Below, one piece after another: positions 1 through 8,178 of a DNA stretch of 42,025 bases. The position numbers and the translations under genes were made by a program. Source of the stretch: a virus (taxonomy: Duplodnaviria; Caudoviricetes); the IMG/VR virus record IMGVR_UViG_3300020380_000280, positions 1 through 42,025 of that record, one strand, 5' to 3'. The notes beneath the pieces were generated by a model. The model ran no database searches, had not been told where the DNA came from, and saw only the letters and a program-made list of their open reading frames with translations. Numbering within the stretch: position 1 is the first letter of the stretch; every line of letters begins with the position of its first letter.

Positions 1-2
1 CA

Positions 3-1208
3 GAAAAAGGTATACAGATGGAAACAGCCCCTTATCATGTCAACCTATACAGAAAGTCTGGTTACATGTTAGGTGCGTCGTCTGAAGTACCTGAACTTAC
101 ATACGGCACAGGGGCCGCTATGTATAAGTACATACCAAATATTACAAAACTTATGCAACACATACTTGGTGGAGGTAAAACTGAGTTTGAACATTTTGTT
201 AATTGGCTTGCCTATATTTATCAAAACAAACGTAAAACAATGACTGCGTGGATATTTACAGGAGTCCCGGGCACTGGTAAAGGTTTGTTCATACACAAAG
301 TCCTGAAGCCTTTGTTTGGTGAACAACAAGTGCCAATGCGTTCTTTAGAAAATATAGAAGAACAATTTAACTTGTATATGCGTACAGCTCTGTTTCTTGT
401 AGTAGATGAGTTTCGTATGGGTGATTCAGGTAATACAGGCAGAATGGCTGACAAGCTTAAACACCAAGTTACAGAACCTACTCTAACAATACGTGCAATG
501 CGTACTAACCAAATAGAATTACCTAGCTTTTGTAACTTTATCTTTCTTACTAACCGAGCTGATGCAGTTAAAATAGAAGAAGGCGATAGACGTTACAACG
601 TAGCACCCAGACAAGAAAGTAAGTTAGAAGAAGCACACCCTGACTTCATTAGCATGCTAGCAGATGTACAAGCAGAGTTATTTAATTTTGCAGGACTATT
701 ACAAAAGTTTCAGGTAGACGAACGTATGGCTCATACTGCACTAGAAAATGACGCTAAGAAAGAAATGAAACAGGTATCTATGTCGGTACTAGAAGAATTT
801 GCAACTGCAATCAAACAAAGCAACTTAGAATATTTTGTAGAAATACTAGACATACCACTTACAAATACTTTTGATGCCGGCGGGATAAGTACAGCACAAA
901 GATATATCAAAGACTGGATAGCAAAGTCAAGTACTGAAATTATTATACCTATGCAGCATATTAAACTAGTGTATGATGTACTCACAGATAATAGAAAAGC
1001 GTTAGCTATACGAGATTTTACAAAAGCAATGAGTCGACTAAATGTCACTACCACACGTAAACGTGTCGGCACTGGAAAAAACAGTTCAGCTCCTAGAGGA
1101 GTTGCAGTAACTTGGGTACTTGATGACCAAGTAAAACAAAACTTAATACAAGAACACTTTGACGATAAAGATACTACATTATTAGGAGATAAATCTGTAA
1201 TGAACTAA
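3..1208 (+). CDS. Primase-associated SF3 helicase domain (DUF5906 / NrS-1 prim-pol-helicase type), 5'-truncated by the window edge
   Basis: Walker A GVPGTGKG, Walker B LVVDE, motif C FIFLTN and DRRY arginine finger. The frame is open from base 3, so the real start lies upstream of the window. Confidence 0.85.
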   Translation, partial: EKGIQMETAPYHVNLYRKSGYMLGASSEVPELTYGTGAAMYKYIPNITKLMQHILGGGKTEFEHFVNWLAYIYQNKRKTMTAWIFTGVPGTGKGLFIHKVLKPLFGEQQVPMRSLENIEEQFNLYMRTALFLVVDEFRMGDSGNTGRMADKLKHQVTEPTLTIRAMRTNQIELPSFCNFIFLTNRADAVKIEEGDRRYNVAPRQESKLEEAHPDFISMLADVQAELFNFAGLLQKFQVDERMAHTALENDAKKEMKQVSMSVLEEFATAIKQSNLEYFVEILDIPLTNTFDAGGISTAQRYIKDWIAKSSTEIIIPMQHIKLVYDVLTDNRKALAIRDFTKAMSRLNVTTTRKRVGTGKNSSAPRGVAVTWVLDDQVKQNLIQEHFDDKDTTLLGDKSVMN

Positions 1209-1223
1209 TAACTCCTAAAATAT

Positions 1224-1979
1224 ATGCCACAACTTACGTCTGATAGGCGTCCTGACACTCATAATGTCATTGAGACGTCAAAGTCTAAAGAGCTAGGCCT
1301 TATACCAGCTTGGTCCCATTCAACCCTTAAAACGTACGAAACGTGCCCGTATCGGATATATATCTCTAAAGTAAAGAGAATATCAGAAGACTACGGACCA
1401 GCTGCAAAACGTGGTAGTGAAATACACGAACAAGCAGAACATTACGTACAGGGGACTTTAAGTGATATGCCTGACACATTAAATAAATTTACAACACAAT
1501 TTAAAGATCTAAAGTCTTTGTATGACGAAGGCAAAGTAGAATTAGAAGGTGAGTGGGGCTTTACCATAGAATGGGAAGCATGCCATTGGATGGCTAAAAA
1601 TGTATGGGCTCGTATCAAGTTAGATGCAATCGTACATGAAGATGAGACCAGCGCACGTGTAATAGATTACAAAACTGGTAGACAGTTTGGTAATGAAATT
1701 GCACATGGACAACAGGCTTTAACATATGCAATGGGTTCGTTTTTGCGTTATCCAGATTTGCAACATGTGCAAACAGAGTTGTGGTATTTAGATCACGGTA
1801 CTGTAACTGAGCAATCTTACACTAGAGATCAAGCTCTTTTATTTTTACCAAAACTCCATGAGCGAGCTATGGTAATGACATCAGCAGAATCTTTTCCACC
1901 GAATCCAAGCAAATCTAATTGCAAGTGGTGTTCGTATAAGAAAGGAGAAGACCCTGCTTGTCAATGGGGTGTCGAGTAG
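1224..1979 (+). CDS. PD-(D/E)XK exonuclease, Cas4/RecB/AddB-like
   Basis: WSHS..YETCP, G.EIHE, KLDAI..VIDYKTG, Q..Y, and C-terminal CKWC..C giving the 1+3 Cys arrangement. Confidence 0.85.
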   Translation: MPQLTSDRRPDTHNVIETSKSKELGLIPAWSHSTLKTYETCPYRIYISKVKRISEDYGPAAKRGSEIHEQAEHYVQGTLSDMPDTLNKFTTQFKDLKSLYDEGKVELEGEWGFTIEWEACHWMAKNVWARIKLDAIVHEDETSARVIDYKTGRQFGNEIAHGQQALTYAMGSFLRYPDLQHVQTELWYLDHGTVTEQSYTRDQALLFLPKLHERAMVMTSAESFPPNPSKSNCKWCSYKKGEDPACQWGVE

Positions 1980-2028
1980 GTATAATGCCCTCGCACTAAA
2001 TAATAAATAACAAATAACAAATACAGAT

Positions 2029-3378
2029 ATGATGGAGAAAACAATAAGTGCTTATGCACATCAGGAAGAAACGACTAACTTTCTAACTAACAACCCACGT
2101 TGTTTAGTTACTTCCGATCCCGGAACAGGAAAAACAAGGTCCGTATTAGACGCACACGTACAATGGGGAGGCCGAACTCTTGTTTTAGCACCGTTATCCA
2201 TTCTGGAAGCAGCTTGGGTTGATGACATTAAGAAATTTCAACCTGATATTAAATACGGTGTTGCCTACGCTAAGAATAGACAAAAAGTATTTGAAGATAC
2301 GTCGCTTGATATGGTTATCACTAACTTTGAAGCGGTCAATTTCTTAGTTAAAAATCAACAGTTATTAACAAACTTTAAAAACTTAGTAATTGATGAATTT
2401 ACTGCTTTCAAAAATAAAGACGCTAAACGTTCCAAGAACATTAAAAAGCTATCAGAAATATTCGAGCGAAGGGTCGGTATGTCTGGAACTCCTAATACTA
2501 ATAGCATTCTTGATCTTTGGCATCCAGTCCATCTAATAGATGACGGACAACATTTAGGTTCGCGATTTTATTCTTATCGTAACCAAGTTTGTACGCCACA
2601 GTTTAATGGCTTTGCCAACGTGTGGACAGACAAACCCGGAATCGAAGAAGTAATCGCTAACCAATTAAAAGACATTACAATTCGACATGCACTAGAAGAT
2701 TGTATTGATTTACCTGACAACATAGTCCGAACTGTTTACACAACATTGTCCCCCCAGGTGGCTAAGATGTACAAAACACTTGCTGAAGAGTCAGTACTGT
2801 ATACAAAACAAGGGACTATTAATGCAGTTAATGCAGGTGCTCGAGTCAAAAAACTATTACAACTTGTTAGTGGTGGTGTATATGATGAAAACGGTCTTAC
2901 TCAGTATTTCCACCAAGATAGATACGAACTTGTTATGGACCTAGTTGATGTACGTAAACATTCTCTTGTAGCATTTAATTGGAAACACGAACGCGATGCA
3001 CTTATAGAACTTGCAGAAAAACGTGGTTATACATACGAAGTGATCGACGGTTCTGTACCTGCACAAAGACGGCCTGAAATTGTACAACGCTTTCAAGCTG
3101 GGCAAATTAAAGTATTGTTTGCACATCCACAGTCAGCAGGTCATGGTCTTACACTTACCAAAGCTAACACAATTATCTGGTGCTCACCTACATACAATGC
3201 AGAGCACTTTCAACAATTCAACAGACGTATACATCGTTCTGGTCAAACTCAAAAGACTGAAACAATACTTATCTCAGCTAGAAATACATGGGAATCAGAA
3301 GTATACAAAAAACTAAACGGTAAACTAAATCGTATGGAAAGTTTACTTAACGTGCTTAGTGAATTACATAAGGTATAA
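2029..3378 (+). CDS. SNF2-like SF2 helicase
   Basis: DPGTGKT, VIDEFT, MSGTP, SAGHGLTL and QFNRRIHRSGQ motifs. Confidence 0.92.
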   Translation: MMEKTISAYAHQEETTNFLTNNPRCLVTSDPGTGKTRSVLDAHVQWGGRTLVLAPLSILEAAWVDDIKKFQPDIKYGVAYAKNRQKVFEDTSLDMVITNFEAVNFLVKNQQLLTNFKNLVIDEFTAFKNKDAKRSKNIKKLSEIFERRVGMSGTPNTNSILDLWHPVHLIDDGQHLGSRFYSYRNQVCTPQFNGFANVWTDKPGIEEVIANQLKDITIRHALEDCIDLPDNIVRTVYTTLSPQVAKMYKTLAEESVLYTKQGTINAVNAGARVKKLLQLVSGGVYDENGLTQYFHQDRYELVMDLVDVRKHSLVAFNWKHERDALIELAEKRGYTYEVIDGSVPAQRRPEIVQRFQAGQIKVLFAHPQSAGHGLTLTKANTIIWCSPTYNAEHFQQFNRRIHRSGQTQKTETILISARNTWESEVYKKLNGKLNRMESLLNVLSELHKV

Positions 3379-3379
3379 T

Positions 3380-3658
3380 ATGGAAATGTCAGATTCAAAA
3401 AAGATTTTACAATTAGGTAAACTTCCACAAAAAGAATTACATGAGCTTACTAAAACAGATAACACTGTATTAGCTACAGCTTTAATTTATTCAATATCTG
3501 AACTTATTGTTTCTAGTTATCTAGACCAAGACATGGAGCCAGATATTAAAGAAATTGTAAAAGAAGCAGCAGAGTTTGCTGTTGAACTTACTAAAGGAGT
3601 CAATATCGTATATGATGACTTACGTATTGACTTAACAGAAAATCAAGTCATCCACTAG
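3380..3658 (+). CDS. Hypothetical protein
   Basis: ORF packed in the operon. ATG 3380 directly follows the helicase stop (the track start of 3359 overlaps it). Confidence 0.65.
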   Translation: MEMSDSKKILQLGKLPQKELHELTKTDNTVLATALIYSISELIVSSYLDQDMEPDIKEIVKEAAEFAVELTKGVNIVYDDLRIDLTENQVIH

Positions 3659-3666
3659 GAGTTATT

Positions 3667-4047
3667 ATGGAAAATCAACAAGTCACTCTTGATGATAAAA
3701 TGAATATGCTTGCAAACACACGTGCAAAGCTTAAAGTCCTTCTCGACCAAGAAAAGGAACTAAAGAATGTACAAAATGCTTTGGAAGCAGAAATCGCTGC
3801 CGATATGGAAAGACAAGGTCTTACTCAGACCGGTAACGATGTATGTACTATTTCTCTTAAAACAGAAACAGTACCAACTGTAGAAGACTGGGACGCTCTG
3901 CACCAACATATAACTGACACAGGTCGGTTTGAGTTGTTACAGAAACGCATGTCAGCTACAGCATATAGGGAACTTATTGCTATGGAACCTTCGGTTCCCG
4001 GCGTACGTTCCACGGAGCTTACTAAAGTTAACTACCGTAGTAAGTAA
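3667..4047 (+). CDS. Gam / Sipho_Gp157-like coiled-coil protein
   Basis: AGGAG RBS. N-terminal coiled coil, then V.DWD.L...I and C-terminal VPGV, typical of Gam/Gp157-like proteins. Confidence 0.55.
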   Translation: MENQQVTLDDKMNMLANTRAKLKVLLDQEKELKNVQNALEAEIAADMERQGLTQTGNDVCTISLKTETVPTVEDWDALHQHITDTGRFELLQKRMSATAYRELIAMEPSVPGVRSTELTKVNYRSK

Positions 4048-4076
4048 ATTTAAACACGAAAAACGAAAGGTGAACA

Positions 4077-4763
4077 ATGAGCGAAAATGCTATATCACTA
4101 GTTTCTAACAACGTGCCAGCGCACGTCAAAGAAGCGTCAGGGCTTGGTAATGAAAATGTCACTGCCGAGCATTTACAAACCCCAAGAGTAAAGTTACTCC
4201 AACAAATGAACAGCGAAGTGGATCCTAACCATGACGCGTACATTGACGGTGCTAAGCCGGGAGACTTTATAAATAGTGTTACTAACGAAAACTATGGCAC
4301 GGAGCTATACGTTATTAACGTACATTTTAAAGAAGACTTTGTTCTTTGGAGAAAACGTGAGAGCGGTGGTGGGTTGATTGGTACTTATACAAGTCAATCA
4401 GCAGCCCTCGACCATCTTGCAAAAGAAGGATTGAAAGCTGAAGATCATGAGATCATTCAAACTCAATCACATCTATTACTTCGTAAAGATCCAGAGACAG
4501 GTGAGTTACTTAAAACTCCTTTTCTTATGGATTTTGCTTCATCTAAACTAAGAGTTTCACGAGAGTGGAACACTCAGATTGGACAGCTAGGAGGCGATAG
4601 ATTTAGTGCTTTGTGGAAACTAAGTTCTCTACAAACACAAAACAGAGCTGCACAAAAGTTCTATAACTTAAATGCAGAAAATCAAGGTTGGATAACTGAA
4701 GAAGACTATGAGTATGCTAAAGAAGTATACTCAAAGCTTAACTTAAGTCCAACCGACTCCTAA
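4077..4763 (+). CDS. Putative ssDNA-binding/annealing protein
   Basis: PRVKLLQQM..EV...GAKPGDF..SVT motif of a conserved phage replication-module family. Position between the Gam-like and resolvase-like genes. Confidence 0.5.
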   Translation: MSENAISLVSNNVPAHVKEASGLGNENVTAEHLQTPRVKLLQQMNSEVDPNHDAYIDGAKPGDFINSVTNENYGTELYVINVHFKEDFVLWRKRESGGGLIGTYTSQSAALDHLAKEGLKAEDHEIIQTQSHLLLRKDPETGELLKTPFLMDFASSKLRVSREWNTQIGQLGGDRFSALWKLSSLQTQNRAAQKFYNLNAENQGWITEEDYEYAKEVYSKLNLSPTDS

Positions 4764-4770
4764 AAGTGAT

Positions 4771-4845
4771 GTACATACGGCGACAAGATGCGTCGTCGTA
4801 TGTGCTACAATACATTACATACGGCCGATATCCGATGTAATGTAT
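4771..4845 (+). promoter_or_regulatory. Two tandem hairpins; the second overlaps the next start codon
   Basis: Stem 4771-4784/4792-4805 (14 bp, 2 G-T) and stem 4810-4820/4835-4845 (11 bp perfect). Extended -10-like TGCTACAAT at 4803-4811. Confidence 0.6.
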
Positions 4846-5236
4846 GCAAGAACGCCATTTCATAAACAAAATCCACAAAAAACTCCCTTCCACTATCTAC
4901 AAATGGAAAATAAATGATGCATATCATGGCGGTGTGCCAGACTGTTTCTACTCAGGCAATGGCGGCCTTTGTTTTGTAGAATATAAATACAAAAAAGAAT
5001 TACCTAAAAGAGATGGAACTTCTATTAGTTTTAATTTAACGCCTCAACAATGTGAGTGGCTTAAAAATCGTAAAAACGAAGGTGTGCCAACATTTGCAGT
5101 CCTTGGTGTAAGTAATTTACTTGTATGTACACAAGATTTTGACAATGTAAACAATATTACTAAATCGCAGTTCATGAAAGAAGCTATGAATATCTCAGAA
5201 TTTATAGCCAAATTAGAGAATTTATGTGTAAAATAA
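4844..5236 (+). CDS. VRR-NUC / Holliday-junction-resolvase-like PD-(D/E)XK nuclease
   Basis: E..F, GVPD, FVEYK and LTPQQCEWL motifs. Confidence 0.75.
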   Translation: MQERHFINKIHKKLPSTIYKWKINDAYHGGVPDCFYSGNGGLCFVEYKYKKELPKRDGTSISFNLTPQQCEWLKNRKNEGVPTFAVLGVSNLLVCTQDFDNVNNITKSQFMKEAMNISEFIAKLENLCVK

Positions 5237-5541
5237 CACTCATGAGTGGTAAAAACCTCTCTAGTTTAACAGGAGAGTGTAATAGCTTAGCTGACTCACC
5301 TTGTATTGGGTGGTGTACAGTGCGCCAGTTTGGGGATAAAAGGTGTAAAGGTTGTGGACGATATGACTTTGAAGCCGATTCAACCTTCTGGTTTAATGCC
5401 GATGAATTAGTAAGAAAACTTATTAATTTACGTAATGCTGCTGCGGGTTATCAAATAAAACAACTTCGCGGTAACGCCCGTCCTGTGCCTAAAGCTGTTG
5501 CAAATCGACCAGCAAAAGAAGACCCCTCAACACAATACTAA
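5224..5541 (+). CDS. DUF1289-like Cys-rich protein
   Basis: SPCIGWC..CKGCGR..E...W pattern. Alternative start at 5242. Confidence 0.65.
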   Translation: MCKITLMSGKNLSSLTGECNSLADSPCIGWCTVRQFGDKRCKGCGRYDFEADSTFWFNADELVRKLINLRNAAAGYQIKQLRGNARPVPKAVANRPAKEDPSTQY

Positions 5542-5542
5542 T

Positions 5543-5788
5543 ATGGGCAGAAATTACAAACAAGAATACGAAAGATATCATAAATCTAAAGAACAAAAAG
5601 AAAGACGTGCCGCACGTAATTACGTACGTAGAAAAGCCTTAAGAGAAGGAAGAGTTACAAAAGGAAGCGGTTTTGATATACACCATAAAGATGGCAATCC
5701 AAAAAACAGCCACCCGTCAAACCTAATAGTTCAACATTCTAGTCAGAATAGGTCTTTTGCTAGGGATAAGAACGGAAGAAAAGCTTAG
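5543..5788 (+). CDS. Small HNH endonuclease-like protein
   Basis: RNYKQEY N-terminus and DIHHKDGNPKN....NL......NR motif. ATG 5543 follows the upstream stop. Confidence 0.8.
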   Translation: MGRNYKQEYERYHKSKEQKERRAARNYVRRKALREGRVTKGSGFDIHHKDGNPKNSHPSNLIVQHSSQNRSFARDKNGRKA

Positions 5789-5895
5789 TAGCCTTTCATT
5801 CTCATACGTTTAGGCTTACTATTTAATTTCTTTTTCTTTTTCTTTTTACCTTTAGTAACGTTTTTTCTTTTACCATATGCGCCATATCCAGCCAT
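5785..5895 (-). CDS. 36-aa Lys-rich microprotein
   Basis: MAGYGAYGKRKNVTKGKKKKKKKLNSKPKRMRMKGY. GGAG upstream; ATG 1 nt after the previous stop. Confidence 0.6.
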   Translation of the reverse strand: MAGYGAYGKRKNVTKGKKKKKKKLNSKPKRMRMKGY

Positions 5896-5896
5896 A

Positions 5897-6067
5897 TTAA
5901 TACTCCGCTTTAGTGTTTTTAAATTTACGATGTGATTTGGTGTCAACAAATATAGATTGTTTTTCACCAGGTACAGAACCGTCGTGATTCGGAACTGTAG
6001 AATACTTCTTAGTGCACAAGTCTTTGTATGTGTGCGGTTCTTTATGATTTAAAGGTTTATTTATCAT
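5897..6067 (-). CDS. 56-aa hypothetical protein (below the ORF-track cutoff)
   Basis: Manual translation MINKPLNHKEPHTYKDLCTKKYSTVPNHDGSVPGEKQSIFVDTKSHRKFKNTKAEY fills the gap exactly. Confidence 0.6.
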   Translation of the reverse strand: MINKPLNHKEPHTYKDLCTKKYSTVPNHDGSVPGEKQSIFVDTKSHRKFKNTKAEY

Positions 6068-6080
6068 ATCTCTATTTTAC

Positions 6081-6111
6081 ACAAACACACGATCTAGATC
6101 CATGTGTTTGT
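6081..6111. terminator. Intergenic hairpin, possible terminator or processing site
   Basis: ACAAACACA (6081-6089) / TGTGTTTGT (6103-6111) enclose the palindrome GATCTAGATC. Confidence 0.35.
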
Positions 6112-6117
6112 AATACA

Positions 6118-6405
6118 TTAACATTTCCAACGTCTACGTGCTTGTCTTAACCTAGAGTTAGGATTCTTCGCAGCTTTTGGAAACTTCTTCATTTGTCCTG
6201 CAGAACGTGCACAAAATGATTTACGTCTTTTTGCAGCCTTACTACCTTTCTTTACTTTACCAGTAACAGCAGTTTTTAACTTAGAGCCAGGATTCATACG
6301 TCTGTAGGCTTTTACACCTGCACGAGTCATACCTGCACCAGACTTCGTAGAACGAAAGTTCTTCTTGTTTCTAGCAGGCATTTTACTTCTTTTTCTTTGT
6401 GCCAC
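6118..6405 (-). CDS. Very basic protein, DUF6321-like
   Basis: GAGMT.AGVKAYRR.NPGSKLKTAVT...RRKSFCARS.G......PNSRL..ARRRWKC signature. Confidence 0.75.
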   Translation of the reverse strand: MAQRKRSKMPARNKKNFRSTKSGAGMTRAGVKAYRRMNPGSKLKTAVTGKVKKGSKAAKRRKSFCARSAGQMKKFPKAAKNPNSRLRQARRRWKC

Positions 6406-6688
6406 GTCTTTTCCTTTTTACTATAGTTTTTACATTTGTGGGTTTACCACCCGGGTTACCTGCTCTACGTTTACGTGCTACCGCACTACGTCTTTGAGCA
6501 GCTGTCATACTACGGGCCTTAGACCGTGGTACGCATTTCGGGTATGCACGTTTGCTTTTCTTAGCCGATTTACGACCGCAAGCTTGATACCTACCCTTTT
6601 TCTTAGGTGCACCAATGTCCACCCAATCACCTTTTTTACCTTTACCAAACCAAGCTGTCAAGCCTCCTTTGGGTTTCGTGTTAGCCAT
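6383..6688 (-). CDS. Very basic protein, resembling the C-terminal part of the DUF5872-like family
   Basis: GGLTAWF....DWVDI......CGRK......YPKCVP. Start 6688 in a TAATG overlap. Confidence 0.65.
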   Translation of the reverse strand: MANTKPKGGLTAWFGKGKKGDWVDIGAPKKKGRYQACGRKSAKKSKRAYPKCVPRSKARSMTAAQRRSAVARKRRAGNPGGKPTNVKTIVKRKRRGTKKKK

Positions 6689-6864
6689 TACCTGTAACCG
6701 CCACCACGTTTCTTGTACGTACGAACTAACCAACCGTTAGCATACGCAGAAGGGTAAACTTTAAATTTACGTTTAGCTTCAGCCTTAACTCTAGCATATA
6801 AAGCTGGGTTAGTTGGCGTAGCTCCCTTTTTCTTTTTAGTTGTTTTTCTTTTCTTTGCTGGCAT
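6688..6864 (-). CDS. 58-aa basic protein, resembling the N-terminal part of the DUF5872-like family (not in the ORF track)
   Basis: MPAKKRKTTKKKKGATPTNPALYARVKAEAKRKFKVYPSAYANGWLVRTYKKRGGGYR. TAATG overlaps at both ends. Confidence 0.75.
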   Translation of the reverse strand: MPAKKRKTTKKKKGATPTNPALYARVKAEAKRKFKVYPSAYANGWLVRTYKKRGGGYR

Positions 6865-7055
6865 TATGCACCTACCTGTTTTTGCGCTTTTTTGTGCGCT
6901 TGTCTAAATGTATCACCCATAAGCATTCTACGTTTCATATATTTCATATGTTTTGCCGTATGGTGCTTAGAATGACGCTTCATAGCTCCTTCTTGACGTT
7001 TAGTCAGCTTTTGTTTTTTGACTCTCATAGAAGTCTTTTTTCTAGTTCTGGGCAT
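6864..7055 (-). CDS. 63-aa Lys/Arg/His/Met-rich protein
   Basis: HSKHHTAKHMKYM motif; tightly coupled to its neighbours. Confidence 0.7.
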   Translation of the reverse strand: MPRTRKKTSMRVKKQKLTKRQEGAMKRHSKHHTAKHMKYMKRRMLMGDTFRQAHKKAQKQVGA

Positions 7056-7057
7056 TA

Positions 7058-7234
7058 TTAAATTACGCCTCTACCTTTTAAAATATCAGCTTTAGTAACT
7101 TTACCGTCACCAGTTAAGTCTGGAAAGTCATTTGCGCTATTACCGCTACCTCTAGGTTCAAGTCTTTTCTCTTGGGTTTTCATGTCCCCAATCTTACCTT
7201 CACCTTTATCTGTCATTTTTCTAGTTGCACTCAT
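7058..7234 (-). CDS. 58-aa protein with an EF-hand/dockerin-like loop (not in the ORF track)
   Basis: MSATRK...FPDLTGDGKVTKADILKGRGVI; GAGG RBS upstream. Confidence 0.65.
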   Translation of the reverse strand: MSATRKMTDKGEGKIGDMKTQEKRLEPRGSGNSANDFPDLTGDGKVTKADILKGRGVI

Positions 7235-7261
7235 ATTATACCTCTCTAATATTTTAGCAAT

Positions 7262-7642
7262 TTAATCGTCTTCCTTCAAAAAAGACCTTAGTTTCTGTGC
7301 CTTCTCCTCAGCTGTATCAGCATGTAGCTCAGAGTCTACAATCTTCTCTAGCTTCAATGTATCAATCTTTTGGTTTGATATGTACCGCCACGTGTAACCG
7401 TCATCGTTGTACACACCAAATACTGTCTGGGCGAACCCTACTTTTATAATAAGTGCGGTATCACCATCTAAAATTACTTTATCACCTTCTTTAAATGACG
7501 ATGTCAAACGGAAAGTAGCGCCTTTTACAAAGCCTACCGCCCAATCTTTTACAGCTAAACCAACCAATAGGGTTAGTACAAACCCTAAAAATTCAACATA
7601 AAAGTCATTTAACGTAAGTTCAAACATAGTCATATCATACAT
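7262..7642 (-). CDS. Small membrane protein with an MscS-like beta domain
   Basis: One hydrophobic segment, then FKEGDKVILDG....I..VG...T and YISN, resembling the MscS middle domain. Confidence 0.5.
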   Translation of the reverse strand: MYDMTMFELTLNDFYVEFLGFVLTLLVGLAVKDWAVGFVKGATFRLTSSFKEGDKVILDGDTALIIKVGFAQTVFGVYNDDGYTWRYISNQKIDTLKLEKIVDSELHADTAEEKAQKLRSFLKEDD

Positions 7643-7784
7643 ATTCTAATGTAGTATTCTCCATAAGAAATTCAAATAATACTCTAAAATCCTCTTTTTT
7701 AAGAAACGGCACGTTGTTTCTCATGTGCAGTTTTCGATACTCAGTATACGCTATTTCTAATTGTTCTTCTGTGTATAAAATCAT
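7635..7784 (-). CDS. 49-aa hypothetical protein (not in the ORF track)
   Basis: MILYTEEQLEIAYTEYRKLHMRNNVPFLKKEDFRVLFEFLMENTTLEYV; ATGA overlap with the upstream stop. Confidence 0.6.
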   Translation of the reverse strand: MILYTEEQLEIAYTEYRKLHMRNNVPFLKKEDFRVLFEFLMENTTLEYV

Positions 7785-8176
7785 TCTGGTTCCTCTGGCC
7801 ACTCTACTTTAGAAGCTTCATCAGTATCTGTGTAATTACTAGGTAAATCTCTTAGAGCTTGTCGGTAAGTAGCCCATTCTGCTTTTTTTGCATCAGATAA
7901 GGGGCTGTCATTAGCTTGAGTCCAATCACAATTACTTAGTAAAATCCTCCTTCTAATCCTAATTGCAAGTAAAGCGTACTCAATTGGTTCTGGTATAGGT
8001 TCCCAATCAGTGCCGTTCCATTTATGTTGTAAGGAGGGTGCAGCCTCTTCTTTATATGCATGAGTTTCTGCGGGAATATTCTCTAGTATTGCAGCTTTGT
8101 CTGTTTCAGTTACCCATTCTTTAATCCCTGTAATAAAACCGGTTGCTTTTTCATATATTGTAACTAGGCCTCCCAT
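7781..8176 (-). CDS. Tail fibre assembly chaperone
   Basis: R..R..LL..CDWTQ..DSPL......W..YRQALRDLP....WP..P motif. Confidence 0.85.
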   Translation of the reverse strand: MGGLVTIYEKATGFITGIKEWVTETDKAAILENIPAETHAYKEEAAPSLQHKWNGTDWEPIPEPIEYALLAIRIRRRILLSNCDWTQANDSPLSDAKKAEWATYRQALRDLPSNYTDTDEASKVEWPEEPE

Positions 8177-8178
8177 AT

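Noticed and set aside
1224-1979. Cas4 indicating a CRISPR-Cas system
   Set aside because: No cas genes or repeat-spacer array; solo Cas4-like nucleases are common in phage replication modules.
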